Below are positions 11,239-24,695 of a DNA stretch of 64,000 nucleotides, piece by piece (the stretch's first letter is position 1; each line of letters begins with the position of its first letter). The stretch is taken from positions 620,001 through 684,000 of the forward strand of contig JAWMAR010000328.1 in NCBI GenBank assembly GCA_036785375.1, read 5' to 3'. Source of the stretch: Leucoraja ocellata (taxonomy: Eukaryota). The notes beneath the pieces are model-generated. The model was not told where the DNA came from. It did no database searches and saw only the letters and a program-made list of their open reading frames with translations. Made by a program: the position numbers and the translations under genes.

Positions 11239-11930
11239 TTGATTGATTGATTGATAGAATTTATTGCCACACAACCAGGGTCGGTGGTATTTGGGTTGTG
11301 CGGGCGTCCAGATGGTAAGGGACAAAGTCAAAGTCAAGGTAAGTCCAGGATCGGCTCTTCCCCACCGGAGACCGCGGCTTCAGGCTGGTGTAGGCCGCAG
11401 GCCGGTGGTCGAAGCCCCCCTCCAGGGGTGATGGTAAGTCCATGCCGGACCCGCGGTAGAAGTTGGCCGCGGGCCGGCAGCGATGGCTTCTTCTTCCCCC
11501 GGGTCCCCCACGAGGGATCCCGGGCTGTAGACGCCGCGCCAGCTGGAGCTGTGCAGACCGCGGCTTCAGGCTGCCGGCTGCCCGGGGCCAGCGAAACGGA
11601 GCACTTCCCTCTAGCGAGCCCCAGCAAGGGCTCGCCCGCTCCACGCCGAGAGTCCACGCTGCGCCCGCCGTTGAAGCCTCGGGCGCGTCTCCGGGAAAGG
11701 CCGCGCCGATCCTTGATGTTAGGCCACGGGGGAGGCGACCTGGAAAAAGTCGCCTCTCCGTGGAGGAGGCGGCCAAAACGGTTTCCCATCTTAACCCCCC
11801 ACACCACCCCCCACACAAAACACACGGAGAAACATCAAAAACATACTTTAAAACATACTAAAAAAATGTAAAAAGTTGAAAAAAAAACTAACGCGCTGCT
11901 GACAGGCTGCTGCCACTGCAGCGCCTCCTA
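11239..11930 (-). mobile_element. GC-rich non-autonomous retroelement with (tcaa)n tail
   Basis: (ttga)n plus tttattgccacac tail, CpG-rich core, caaagtcaaagtc motif shared with 3.9 and 51.8 kb, A-rich/C-run head like the 3737-4543 element. Confidence 0.6.
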
Positions 11931-12499
11931 TCTATTTGTGCACAAGAATATCACACGAGCAGTTATAAATGCCCAATTCATTTAGTTTTAAGTGGCACTA
12001 GTTGATGAAAGAATGAAAGATCTCTCTGAGTCAACCACAAATAACGTTATATGACCAAACAAATGGGTGGGTCATGCGTAAACATCCATTCAATGATGCA
12101 TTTGGAATCTGTCTCTTCCTTTGCACTGGACTGAAGCTGAGCACAGGTAATGCATTCAAAGTCTGTAATGAAAACCACGAGTCAAAGAAGTGGGTCAGGA
12201 ACATTTTGTGTGCAGATGGACGTAGTGAAGAGCTTCACCAGCTGGGAGCCTAGTTAACAGAATCAGTCTCACAATCACCTCCCGATGTTCCAGTTATTAA
12301 AAACGATTATGAGAGCACTGTAAAGCTCAAGTATCAGACACATTTAGGTCTGAACCAGCTTGTCTGATTCACACTCCAAATTGAGGTTTCCTATCAAGAG
12401 ACTAATGTTCACAGCTTATAGTTGAACATTTTATTTTTGAAACAATTAAGTCGAATTGCATAGAGTAGCTGGACTCCTTTTGTCAGAGTCACAGAGAGC

Positions 12500-12640
12500 T
12501 GACAAGGGGCTATGGGGAGAAGGCAGGAGAAACAGGCTGCGGGGGAGAGTTAGATCAGCCATGAATGAATGGCTGTGTAGACCTGATGGGCCAAATGGCC
12601 TAATTCTGCTCCTATCACTTATGAACGTGAACTTATGAAG
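12500..12640 (+). mobile_element. CR1 3' UTR fragment
   Basis: aggggctatggggagaaggcagg...gatcagccatgaatgaatgg...ggccaaatggcctaattctgctcc. Confidence 0.65.
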
Positions 12641-13194
12641 CAACAGCATGGAATCAGGTCACCCGATCTGCACTGGCCATCATGCACTGATTGTTAAACT
12701 ATTCATTCCCCAAATCATTTGATACTTCTCACATTCCCATCAACACCCCCATCACCATTCTGATTCAACACAGAAGGGCCAATTTACAATGGAATATTCA
12801 CGTGGTTTTCAAAGTGTTCAGATGTTCAGAATCTTTGGTAAGAATTTGTTCATTTCAGTAATAGTGATGAGAGTAATAGTGATGAAGGATTGGAAGTAAC
12901 ATTTCCACAGCTCTGAGAATGGTTGTGTTTGGGTAGAGAGTTGGTGCCATCTTGGTATCATTTTCACATTGTTCTTGTCTGCTGTGGGTAAGGGGGTGCA
13001 TCTTGTCAGGTGGGTAATCAATCTTCCATGGACTTTAAACCGATGATGATCCCAAAGCCTGAACAATAACAACAAAGCCTGCCAGCTGGTACCAAGCCAG
13101 TGGTGCATACATTCACCACCATTGGAGAGGCTGCCTCCTGAACTGCCAGGATAATAAAGTTGATGTGGCAAATCCAAATGCAACATGATAACCT

Positions 13195-13402
13195 CAATAG
13201 ACACAATTAGCTGGAGTAACTCAGCGAGACCGACAGCTTCGCTGGAGACAAGGAATAGGTGATATTTCAGGTCGAGACCCTTCTTCTCAACCCGAAACGT
13301 CACCTATTCCTTTTCTCCAGAGATGCTGTCTGGCCCGCTGAGTTACTGAAGCTTTTGTGTCTATCTTTGGTTTAAACCCACATCTGCAGTTCCTTTCTAC
13401 AC
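13195..13402. mobile_element. Palindromic Penelope-derived element
   Basis: gctggagtaactcagcg...ggtcgagacccttcttc / cccgaaacgtcacctattcc...cgctgagttact; catgataacctcaat occurs on both flanks (13183 and 13402), a possible duplication. Confidence 0.7.
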
Positions 13403-14489
13403 ATGATAACCTCAATCATGTTTTACTGCTCTTTAATGTAAACATCACATAATATGTTTGTATTGACTCTGTTTTATTTCTTGAACTGGTTTTTTGTCTG
13501 AATTATTTCATGTGTCACCTTGAAAAAATTACCACTATCAGCCCAGCATTTCATTTTACTCTTTACAACAAGAATGGCCCAGAAACAGCATTTGATCTCT
13601 CTCACCTCACAGTAAGTGTCTCAATCTGTTCCGCAGTTCATTGCTGCTGACAAACAAGTACTCATCAAAGGCGATTGCAGAATAGACAAGCTGTTCAAGC
13701 ATTAAATAATCTCTAAAAAAAACTCAGCTAGGAACCCAATGGGGGAAATGGCTCCATGTATCATCAGAACTGCTGGCAAATGCCTCGACCAACGATGAGA
13801 GGAAACTGATGAAAGCAAAGCACAGAGCAAGGGAGGAAGTAGCTGACGACTTTAGAAATGTTGGATTATTCGGGGTTTTTATTAGCACTTTTACACAGGA
13901 CATTACATCCAACACAGGATTATTAACACTTTTTTGTTTTAACCAATAGGCTTTATGAAGATGCTTGTACCAACAGGGCAGTTTGAAAAACATTGAACAT
14001 AATAATTGCCCAAGAATGACATTAATCCAGTTAATCAACAATAGAATGTCACTCCCACCCTCTGGGTTTCTACTGGTGAAGAGAGAAGATGCTACCTCAC
14101 CTGGCATAAATAAGGATGATTTATTCCAATGGATATTCCACGTTGTGTTTCACTAGGGATTCAATGGAACAAATTGGAATAGAGTAAACTTTAAAGAGGT
14201 GTAAGAAGAGATGATAAAGCCAAGAGACTGATTGGGAGGAACTTTGGAGGAATTAAATGTAAATGTCGAAAAGTGTGGATAAGCACATCAGTAGCAGTGG
14301 AGATGAAGATTAGGTGAGAATTGCTGTACAATTGCCCTGCGTGTAGTTTGCTCTTCTTGCCTAACAAGCGATGTACTTGTCACATATGGTATAGTACTTT
14401 CACCACATTGGTTTCTGGCATGGTGAATTTGCCATATGATTGGAGAATAAGGAGTTTGGGGTATTTCCTCAAGAACTTTAAAAAATGAG

Positions 14490-14815
14490 CAGACGTCTTA
14501 TCAATTCATAAAATATTCTTAAAGGCTTGACAGGCTAGATGCTGAGAGAAAAGCTGAGAAGTCAAGGGCCATGTTATTGTTTTAGAATAAGCAGTGTGTG
14601 ATTTAGAACTGAGGGGACGATAAATCTCTTCACTCCGAGTGTACTGAACCTTTGGAATTCTCCATTCTGGATGGCTGAGCATGTTCAGACAATCCAAGCA
14701 GAGATTGTTAAGGGAATGCTAAAGGTATGAAGGAATCGTACTAGAAAATGGTGGTGATGTAGAAGTGATGTTGATGATGAATGTTGGAGCTTGAAGGCCG
14801 GGTTGCCCATCCTAC
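14490..14815 (+). mobile_element. Degraded CR1 3' fragment
   Basis: cataaaatattcttaaaggcttgacaggctagatgct...tcttcactccgagtgtactgaacctttggaattct. Confidence 0.6.
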
Positions 14816-15165
14816 ACCTTGTTTTTACTTTCCTATAGTCTTGTGTAGATATATGGGGATGAGTTCTTCACACACAGCAACTGTTTATGACCCAGAGCAT
14901 ACCTGGGTGCTGGGACTGGCCAATCAGTGAAATGAAAGTTAAATTATATTGGGACAAAGAAAAGAAAGTAGTCATCTGTTGGCAGTGGAGGAAATGTAAT
15001 TATCTGGCTTGCTCTAGGAGGGGGGGGGGGGGGGGGGTGCTAGCATGGAACCAATATGGGCTGAATGGCCATCAATGGTTTAATTATGACGTTAAAACAA
15101 ATAAGAGTGAGTTAGAGAGTGGGCAGCCTGAGGAAAGTGACTGAATTCTAACCTCCCACAACACC

Positions 15166-15292
15166 AGAAGGAACTGCAGATGCTGGTTTAACTAAAGGTA
15201 GACACAAAAAGCTGGAGTAACTCAGTGGGAGAGGCAGCAACTCTGGAGAGAAGGAATGGGTGACATTTCGGGTCGAGACCCTTCTTCGGACA
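15166..15292 (-). mobile_element. Penelope-derived arm with near-intact hammerhead core
   Basis: Minus strand gtccgaagaagggtctcgacccgaaatgtcacc (CUGA changed to CCGA). Confidence 0.65.
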
Positions 15293-15499
15293 TGTCTAGC
15301 CTTCCATTCCGCACCTTAAATATTCACTCCATCCACGATTTGAATACTGCAGGAACAGTGCGTCTCATCTATAAATTGCCACAGCTTGTTTGACAACATC
15401 TCCAAACATCTTCCAGGTGACAAAGAGCAGCAGGCATCTGAGAATGCCATCTGGTTTCAGAAATTAGTAAAGGGCATTAAAAACTGTTTTTTTTCCCCA

Positions 15500-15658
15500 A
15501 AATAAATTGGATAGGTATATGGACGGGAAAGGAATGGAGGGTTATGGTCTGAGTGCAGGTAGATGGGACTAGGGGAGAATAAGTCTTCGGCACGGACTAG
15601 AAGAGCCAAGTTGGCCTGTTTCCGTGCTGTAATTGTTATATGGTTTATATGGTTATAT
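15500..15658 (+). mobile_element. CR1 3' end
   Basis: aaataaattggataggtatatggac...ggcctgtttccgtgctgtaattgttatatggtt. Confidence 0.75.
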
Positions 15659-16334
15659 GACCACATCTCATTCAAAACCTGTGTCGTAAGCAAATGAGCT
15701 GCTGAATTTACCTCCAAAACAACAAATGGTTATACATGAAAAGCATTCATGAGGCTACAAAGTATTTTGAGACATTGTGATAATGTAAAATAGTCTAAAA
15801 ATGTAGATTCTATTTTTTAAGTGTCAGATTTAATGATTTAATGTCATCGCTGTTCGATTAAAAGCCACTATGATATTGCAGCCAGTTTTAATTGACTCTT
15901 TTTTCATTTCTCTATCAGATTTTCCTGGGAGCAAGTCATTTGATTAAACTAACTGGCTGCTGTCCGTGACCATAAACAGAGTGACTATCTATGGTTCAAG
16001 TTCACAGCACATTACTGAGAGTTGTAGCAAGGAATATTCCGTCTGGTTATTCAAGATAATGAATGTTTCGGGGGTTTAATTTGAAAATAAATTCACAAGG
16101 ACACTTTTAATTCATTCAAGATTTATAAAGGTGTGGTTGAGATATAATGCAGAATTTATCATTCAAATGGATAATAATATCTCAATTTTTTTTTAAGACA
16201 CTTGGATGGTTAAAAAATAGCACAAGATTTGTGGTTCATATCAAAGTGATGCACATGTCACTGACTCAAGGAAACCTGGCTACAAAGATGCAGTTGTAGG
16301 AAGGAATGGCAGATGCTGGTTTAAACTGAAGATA

Positions 16335-17141
16335 GCAGGGAGCAGGGAGGTTCTACTGCAGTTGTACAGGGTCTTGGTGAGACCACACCTGGAGTATGGC
16401 ATAAAGTTTTGGCCTCCTAATCTGAGGAAAGACATGAGAAACATAGAAACATAGAAATTAGGTGCAGGAGTAGGCCATTCGGCCCTTCGAGCCTGCACCG
16501 CCATTCAATATGATCATGGCTGATCATCCAACTCAGTATCCCGTACCTGCCTTCTCTCCATACCCCCTGATCCCCTTAGCCACAAGGACCACATCTAACT
16601 CCCTCTTAAATATAGCCAATGAACTGGCCTCAACTACCCTCTGTGGCAGAGAGTTCCAGAGATTCACCACTCTCTGTGTGAAAAAAGTTCTTCTCATCTC
16701 GGTTTTAAAGGATTTCCCCTTTATCCTTAAGCTGTGACCCCTGGTCCTGGACTTCCCCAACAAGAAACTTACAAAATTCTTAAGGGGTTGGACAGGCTAG
16801 ATGCAGGAAGATTGTTCCCGATGTTGGAGAAGTCCAGAACAAGGGGTCACAGTTTAAGGATAAGGGGGAAATCTTTTAGGACCAAGATGAGAAAAACATT
16901 TTTCACACAGAGAATGGTGAATCTCTGGAATTCTCTGCCACAGAAGGTAGTTGAGGCCAGTTCATTGACTATATTTAAGAGGGAGTTAGATGTGGCCCTT
17001 GTGGCTAAAGGGATCAGGGGGTATGGAGAGAAGGCAGGTACAGGATACTGAGTTGGATGATCAAACATGATCATATTGAATGGCGGTGCAGGCTCGAAGG
17101 GCCGAATGGCCTACTACTGCACCTATTTTCTATGTTTCTAT
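16335..17141. mobile_element. CR1 composite: + fragment (16335-16436), inverted 3' end (16437-16761), + 3' end (16762-17141)
   Basis: ORFs 16533..16763(-) and 16734..17051(+) both encode SRTRGHSLRI.GK.F.T.MR..FFTQR.VNLWNSLPQ; sits between two parts of a Penelope arm (16296-16335 and 17143-17260). Confidence 0.85.
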
Positions 17142-18069
17142 AAACACAAAATGCTGGAGTAACTCAGCAGGACAGGCAGCATCTCTGGAGAGAAGGAATG
17201 GGTGACGTTATGGGTCAAGACTCTTCAGGCCCTGTCTCAGCATCTGCAGTTCCTTGCTTCTATAGTTTACACCAGTTAGCTGTAAGGGGAAAGTTTTACC
17301 TTGAGGTTGACGTGTTGTTAATCCCCGATGGGATTGGGGTGTGTTCATTGTTTGCACCATGCTTGCAGTTCAGTTGAAGACTGTCTGCTACAATCAACAG
17401 TTGCGTTCACTTTATATCCAAGTGAGTGAGAATGACAGGGATATTCAGCTCTAGAGACCAGTTCACAAATGCTGCAAATCATTTCCACGATTTAAGAAAC
17501 TATTTGAATGCAAATGTGTGTGTGCGCATGATCCGAGTTAAGGTTCAGACTGGGCTTCAAATAGTCTGAGCAATTTTGTCTTTATATAGATTCCACAACT
17601 AACTGGAGATCTGTAGACTAAAGTGCTGAAATTTATTCGCTTTTTTTTCCAAAGTATGCCTAGCAATATTCTGTTCAACAGATCTTGCGGAACAAATATA
17701 GAAGGATAGTTAATTTTGTTACAAGTGGCTGATAATGCTGAACAAATCATCAGTTTTAATAGTAAATTCAGCCAGCACCAACATATTTGCACTGATTTAT
17801 GGTTGAGAGAGTTTGCAATAAAATCAATGTATAATTCATATTAATGTATGGCCAGCAGCAATGAGGTCTATTTTTGTCCAATTGAAAAGGCACCTTCTGC
17901 CCCAATAACCCTGAATACCTCATTCTGAGGATAATAATTGCCATCCTCACATTAACCAACAGAATTGCTTCAAGATGGAAAACCAGTCACCTGTGATGTT
18001 AAAATCTATTCTTGTATTACTGCAACATGTCATCTTTATTATCTCTGAGGTTTCAGCAGATTGGTATCA

Positions 18070-18245
18070 GCCATAGAGTCATGGAGTCATAGTGTCATTG
18101 TGTCATAGTCATAAAGTTGTAGACTCATAGAGTCATAGTGTCATCATGCCATCATGTCATAGAGTTGTAGAGTCATAGAGTCATACTCATAGTCATAGTG
18201 TCATAGACATCGAGTCATAGCCAAAGAGTCATAGTGTCATTAAAT
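18070..18245. repeat. Degenerate (agtcatag)n tandem repeat; expanded tail of the adjacent CR1
   Basis: Repeated gagtcata/gtgtcata units directly abutting the CR1 fragment at 18250. Confidence 0.75.
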
Positions 18246-18249
18246 CTTA

Positions 18250-18485
18250 GACCAAGACAACAAGGAAACAGCCCCTTCGGCCCAACTCCTCCATGCCGAC
18301 CAACTTGACTAACCAAACTAGTGACACTTGCCCCTTATTGGTCCATGCCTCTCCAAACCTTTCCTTGCCATGTACCTGTCCAAGTGTCTTTTAAATGTCA
18401 TAACTATACCTGCTCCACCACATACTTGTTCCATATACATATCACCCTCTGTATGAAAAAAAGTTGCCCTTCTGGTCCCCTTTAG
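18250..18485 (-). mobile_element. CR1 3' fragment
   Basis: ggaaacagccccttcggccc...caccctctgtatgaaaaaagttgccct. Confidence 0.7.
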
Positions 18486-19469
18486 ATCTATTGTTTAATC
18501 CATTGGTGTGAATATGTTTGTGCATCGCAGGGCAATCTCAACCAACCTAGACTTTGCTTATCACTGAATCTTTGCCAAGAAGATGTCACTGGTCAGTAAG
18601 ACGGAATCACACGGTATCATCATGTCCACTGCACTCCACCCTTGCAATCGTTCCATGGTTTGTCTGTGAATCAGACATGTAGGCTCTGCCCGCCCACCAC
18701 AAATATCATTAAATACACTGAGGAAATATGAAGCTGTTCGTATATAATATAAATGAACTTAATGCGCATTTCAAAGCAGTCAGATTTAAATACCTGCCAT
18801 GCTCCTGATAGCCATCCTTATTGCAGCTGAAAGCAAGAGACCAAATGACACTTTCTTCCTCCTAACCACGTGCAGCATCAGAAATTTCTGTATTAATTAG
18901 CAGGCACGGATGGATGAAAGCATCATCTTACAATTGAAAATCTTTTCAAACTCTTTACATTAACAGTTTAATTGAAATTTTAGGTCAGGCATCAACGAAC
19001 AATGACAAATTAGGCAAAACTGACATCTTTGAGATGGTGTCTTTGGAGTTTTGTTCTTACTATTGTATGGGGAGTTCCCTTTCCTTGTCTCCTCAATTCC
19101 TGATCTAATTCCTTCTCAGGAGACAGGCCAGATGGTTTCCTCACTGCTCGTTGCCAACGCTGCATTCAAACGGAGTGCCTGGAGGTAGGTGGGAGCTGGC
19201 GCGGGGATCCTAATCTACGGTAGAGGTGACCTGGCCTTCTCTTACTCCACACTCTCTGTGAGAGTCTCATTGTGTGGGGAGACGCGTGTCGCTACATTCC
19301 ACCGATGTTGCCATCTCATCATACCGCAGCGAAGCTTTTAGCAGCAATATGTATATCTACAGTGCTGTTTAGTTTAGTTTAATTTAGAGTCATAGTCAGA
19401 GTGTCATACAGTTCTGGTTCATGCATCATGGAATGGTCCCAGCCTAGAGATTGCTGGACACCTAGCTGG

Positions 19470-19796
19470 AACCAGGCCCTTCGACACAACTTGTCCACAT
19501 CAACCAACATATCTCATCTCCACTAGTCCCACTTGCTTGTGTTTGGCCCATATCCCTCTAAACCTGTCCTATCCATGTACCTGGCTAATTACTTCTTAAA
19601 AGTTACAATAGTGTCCACTTCAACTACCTCCTCCGGCAGCTCGTTCCATACACCCACCGTCCTTTGCGTGAGAAAGTTACCCCTTGGATTCCTATAAAGT
19701 CGTTCTCCCTTCACCTTAAACCTTTGCCCTCTGGTTCTCAATTCATTCACTCCAGGGAAGAGAATCTGTGCGTCCACCCGATCTATTCCTCTCATG
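19470..19796 (-). mobile_element. CR1 3' fragment
   Basis: ORF 19589..19795 MRGIDRVDAQILFP...RTRGQRFKVKG...NFLTQRTVGVWNELPEEVVE. Confidence 0.8.
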
Positions 19797-20072
19797 TTTA
19801 GTTTAGTTTAGGTGTGGAAACAGTCCCATCGGCCCATCAAGTATGTGCCAACCTACAATACATTAGTTCTATCCTATACACCAGGGGCAATTTACAGAAG
19901 ACCGACACTCCTGCACATTTTTGGAAATGTGGGAGGAAACCAGAGCAGCCAGAGAAAGCCTACAGTCACAGGGAGAACGTAGAAACTCTGCACAAACAGC
20001 ACCCGTAGTCAGGATCAAACCCAGGTCTCTGGTGCAGTAAGGCAGCAACTCTACCACTGCGCCATTGTGCCA
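19797..20072 (-). mobile_element. V-SINE (HE1-like)
   Basis: (tttag)n tail; gcacccgtagtcaggatcaaacccagg B-box region; ggcagcaactctaccactgcgcca head. Confidence 0.75.
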
Positions 20073-21039
20073 TCCATTCTTCTGCGAACAGATGACTGTT
20101 ATAAAATGGATTTTAAAGTTTTACGTGTAAATAGTACTATCAGGAAATTAAAGCTGCATTAATAAAATCAAATGAACTGATTCTGTTCACTTGGTTTCAA
20201 AGCAACGTAAGTGACACTGACAGGCAGTAATTGAATGTCATTACCATTCTTGTACATGTTAAATGCAGGGAATGGCAGTAGCCGGGAGAAACAATCTAGA
20301 GAGGAGGAAGTGAAAAGCTCATACATCAAGGCAGATTTGGTTCAGATGTAAGAATCTTCCCCCAGAGGAATTGTGGACCACATTCTGATCTCACGAGACA
20401 TTCCAGGAAATATCCCACTTAAAATAAATTACTACAAGATTTGCATTGAAATAAAATGATGGTGACTGGAAAGCACCTCCTAGTAGGGCAACCATTCGAT
20501 GCTTACGGCCAAAGTAGAGAGAGGCATAAATATGACTGGAGAAATGGATATTAAAATGTATCCCTAAATAATAAAACTGAATGACTACAATCATTAGAAT
20601 TTAATAACAAGGGGGAAAAAATGTGTTTACATGGCAGCAGTGTGATGTAAAACGTTAAATTAAATTTACCTTTGATTTTATTCACCTGTGAATAAGGTGT
20701 TCTATAATACTTAACATGTTGCACATTGGCCTCAAGAGAAAGAGCTGTAACTCTTCTTCCAAGTGGTCCCTTGAAGCTGAGGTTGATGGACTTCACTGCA
20801 GCTCTATGGGTGGAGGTGGGTGATGAGGCTAATGTCGGAGCTGCAGACTCTGCCCCAGGGTGGGGGCTTGGGGGGAGCAGGCAGGAGGTGGGCAGGTTGG
20901 CAGGTGGGTGAGTAGTTTAGGCATAATACTTCTGTCGTTCCTTTAACACTTCCTTTAATAAAGACATTCCATTATTTTCAGACAAGTCTTTTGTACATAA
21001 AATGTACAAATCATCTCCAATGTTCCCACATTACCACAA

Positions 21040-21232
21040 ACGGTTGTGGAGGCCAAGTCGATGGATATTTTTAAGGTGAAGATTGATAGATTCTTGATTA
21101 GTGTGGGTGTCAGGGGTTATGGGGAGAAGGCAGGACTATGTGGTTGAGAGGGAAAGATAGATCAGCCATGATTGAAGGGTGGGGTAGACTTGATGGGCTG
21201 AATGTCCTAATTCTGCTACTGCAACTTATGAA
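21040..21232 (+). mobile_element. CR1 3' fragment
   Basis: gtggaggccaagtcgatggatatttttaagg...ggggttatggggagaaggcagga. Confidence 0.7.
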
Positions 21233-21329
21233 GTTCGTCCCAGCTGCTTTTCTCTTTGTATGCACAGTAAACCACTAAGGCAGGACCAGGCTGGGTGTGT
21301 TCCCGCAATCACCTACATACTTAAGAAAT

Positions 21330-21900
21330 AAATGACGAGGGCAAAAATTGGGGCAAGAGACAGCTCTGGCAGATAAGATAAATGAGAATCCAAAGGTATT
21401 TTATAAGCACATTAAGGGAAAGAGCAATACTGGAGAGAGAACACCCCCACAGAAACAAACTGGTCATCTATGTGTGGAGCCACAGGACATGAGCAAGGTC
21501 TTCAATGAGTGTTTCTCCACTGTTTTAACTGTGGATAAAGACATAAAGATTGGGGAACTTGGGACAGGTAATGGAGATGTCTTGAGGATAGTCGGTATTC
21601 TGGTCGAGGAGGTGCTGGACTCCCTGGGACATATAAAGGTAGACACATTTCCTGGACATGATCAGAATATACCCAAAACCCTGTGGGAAGCAAGAGATGT
21701 AATACTAGCAGCCATAGCTGAGATAATTGAATCATTGTTAGACACAAATGAGGTGACGGATGACTGGACGTTGGCTAATGTAGTGCCTCCATTTAAAAAG
21801 GGATGCGAGGAAAAGCCTGAGAACTGGAGACGAATGAGCCTAAATTCTGTGGCAAGCAAGTTACTAGAAAATATTCTGAGGGGTAAGATATACAGTAAAC
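21330..21900 (+). mobile_element. CR1 ORF2 fragment (pre-RT to start of RT)
   Basis: ORF 21348..21911 INENPKVFYKHIK...DWTLANVVPPFKKG...PENWRRMSLNSVASKLLENIL. Confidence 0.85.
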
Positions 21901-21999
21901 CCTCATTATAATGGACCATAGGGAAGGGAGTGGTGCCCGTTGTTGCCGATTGTCCACTGCAACCGATTAAGGTATTATCATTGTATGTAGTTGAAATAA

Positions 22000-22270
22000 A
22001 GCACTGCAGATGAGGGTTAATACTCAAGGTGCTGGAGTAACTCAGCGGGTCAGGCAGCATCACTGGAGAACGTGGATTAGTGACAACGGGTTCCGCATAA
22101 GAGGAACTCAACAGGTCAGGCAGCAACTGTGGAGGGAAATGGATAGCCAATGTTTCCATGTGGGGATCTTCATCTTGTGCAGATGAATGGTAGGCCCAGA
22201 AACATCCACTGTCCATTTCCCTCCACAGATGCTGCTCGAGCTGCCGACTACCTCCAGCAGATTGTTGTTG
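22000..22270. mobile_element. Degraded Penelope-derived arms
   Basis: gctggagtaactcagcgggtcaggcagcatc; ccatttccctccacagatgctgc. Confidence 0.55.
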
Positions 22271-22336
22271 TATTTTCTCCACAGCCTGCTGCCCATTATC
22301 ATAAATTACCTCTTGGGTTCAAGTCTCAGCAAAGCT

Positions 22337-22645
22337 TTAGTTTAGTTTAGAGATACCACGCGGAAACAGACCCTTTGGCCCACTAAGTCCACGCTGACCA
22401 GCGATCTCCGCACATCAACACTCACCTACACACAGTAGGGACAATTTATAAATATAACAAGCAAATTAACCTACAAACCTGTACGTCTTTGGTGCGAGAG
22501 GAAACCGGAGCACCCAAAGAAAACCCACGCAGTCACAGGGAGAACATACAAACTCCGTACAGGCAAGCACCCGTAGTCAGGATCGAACTCTGGTCTCTGG
22601 CGCTGTAAAGCAGCAACTCTACCCCTATGCCACCATGCCGCCCAA
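22337..22645 (-). mobile_element. V-SINE (HE1-like), full length
   Basis: (tttag)n tail, V-domain aaaacccacgcagtcacagggagaac, head ending catgccgccc. Confidence 0.85.
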
Positions 22646-22678
22646 CCTACTCTGACCTACATTTTACAGCTTTACACT

Positions 22679-22880
22679 TGAATGAATGAATGAATAAGTT
22701 TATTGACCAAGTATGTACACATACAAGGAATTTGCCTTGGTGCTCTGCTCGCAAGTAACAACACGACATACAGTAACAATTAAGAATGACACATAAAATA
22801 TTATAGTTTTAACATGTCAATGAAATAAAATACCAGAGCAAAAGGAGGCTACAGACTTTTGGTTATAGAGTAGAGCACTT
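22679..22880 (-). mobile_element. Rex1/Babar 3' tail
   Basis: (tgaa)n plus tttattgaccaagtatgtacacatacaaggaattt. Confidence 0.55.
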
Positions 22881-24084
22881 TATTTGGATCCTCTCTATAA
22901 TTGCCCACTTGAAGTTATTAACCACATGGCACTTCAAAGAGTGGAACCGCCTTGTAAGTTTGGCCTTGTCCAACCTCTTTGTCCTTGCAATCCTCTCCGC
23001 AAGTACAAACTAACTTGTTTTCACGAATGGAATATCTTCGACCTCAAACCAGTTTCCGTTTCCCCAGATGCTAGCTGACCTGCTGAGTGTTCCAGAAAAC
23101 CCTGTTTTAATTTCAACGCTGCATACACTAATGTGCAAGAGATGACTCCCAGGGTGCAATTGGAGGGAGGGGTGGAGTCACCAAAAACAGCTGCCAGCAT
23201 TCCCAGAGGACATCACGCTAGGGAAAAAGAGGCCTATTTTTAGCGTAGAAAACAGGTGAGGTTGTTGAATTAAAACTTTACAGCCTGAAAGTTCCAAATT
23301 AATCATTAATAACAAGGTCAAAGTTCTATCCAATTGGATTGTGTATTGTGGGATATCATTGTTCAGTGAACACAAACCAACGGCAAATATGGGATCAGCC
23401 TCTTTCAGATATTATTTGCTATTTAATTCATCAACAATCTTCGACATCAAGATTAAAGACTCTGATTATACATCTAATCCACTATCTAATCTCATCAAAT
23501 TGTACATTTGGCATTTTTCATCCGTCCTCAGGTATAATTCTTCCCAGAAAATTGGAAATCGATTCAAAGCATCTTCACATGGCTTCTATCCAAACGATGT
23601 GAGCTTGCACTCAAATCCAGACTCAACACGAGATCAGATTCAGTAAATCATGGAAATATTGACACAATCGTGGAGTACAGGAGACCCCACACTTGGCTCT
23701 CACCTAAATTGCAGTCCTTTCTGCTGCCCCGGGTAGTCATAAAAGATCCCACTATATTATTCAGAGGAAATGTCTTCTTTTTACTGCCCTGCCCTGATTT
23801 CTATTCTTCTGTCAATATTCACCATAAAATATTTGTCTTGTTAATGTTTTCTCTTTACTTTTATTGTTTTTTTTCACATTCTGTCCCATGTAGTTAGGCA
23901 GCTTCTAAACATTGGAAAAAAGGACTGAGTTTCAATAAATAAGTGCACCATAGGCTGGTGTTCATTGGAACCCCACGGGACATGAAGATTTTTTCCCATG
24001 GTTCTTTCTTTACTTATTACCACCTGGAGCCTGGTGATTAAATTGTCTCAATCTATTACCTTCTCCTTTTCACATCTTACCTTT

Positions 24085-24215
24085 CCAAATCTCTGTGTCT
24101 CCCTCTCCCCTGACTCTCAGACTGAAGAAGGGGCTCGACCTGAAGCATCACCCATTCCTTCTATTCAGAGATGCTGCCTGTCCCGCTGAGTTATTCCAGC
24201 ATTTTGTGTATTTAT
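24085..24215 (+). mobile_element. Penelope terminal fragment with degenerate hammerhead
   Basis: ctgaagaaggggctcgacctgaagcatcacccattcc...gatgctgcctgtcccgctgagtt. Confidence 0.65.
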
Positions 24216-24361
24216 CCATTGTTTTTCAAATGTGTGCCTTTAATTTCTATAGGGGATGACCTTCAATGATAAAACCAGAGGAAGGGTAGTTACAGATAAA
24301 AGACGTGAGGATTGGTAAATTAATTGACCTCTGTAAATTGCTTGTAATGTGTAGGGAGTGA

Positions 24362-24695
24362 ATCAGATTCAGATTCAGATTCAGATTAATTGTCATTGTC
24401 AGTGTACAGTACAGAGACAACGAAATGCATTTAGCATCTCCCTGGAAGAGCGACATAGCAACGATTTGAATAAATAATAATAAGTGTCCGGGGGGGGTGG
24501 TGATTGGCAGTCACCGAGGTACGTTGTTGAGTAGAGTGACAGCCGCCGGAAAGAAGTTGTTCCTCGACCTGCTGGTTCGGCAACGGAGAGACCTGTAGCG
24601 CCTCCCGGATGGTAGGAGGGTAAACAGTCCATGGTTGGGGTGAGAGCAGTCCTTAGCGATGCTGAGCGCCCTCCGCAGACAGCGCTTGCTTTGGA
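24362..24695 (-). mobile_element. Rex1/Babar LINE 3' end
   Basis: (cagatt)n tail; ORF RCLRRALSIAKDCSHPNHGLFTLLPSGRRYRSLRCRTSRSRNNFFPAAVTLLN; nearly identical to 29960-30305. Confidence 0.85.

Noticed and set aside
11251-11871. Overlapping 130-200 aa ORFs on both strands
   Set aside because: They arise from stop-poor GC-rich repeat sequence, are low-complexity Arg/Pro/Gly-rich, and are confined to a retroelement.
23341-23646. 101-aa single-exon ORF
   Set aside because: Starts at GTG and has no recognisable domain; only the internal exon-like piece is kept as a weak hypothesis.
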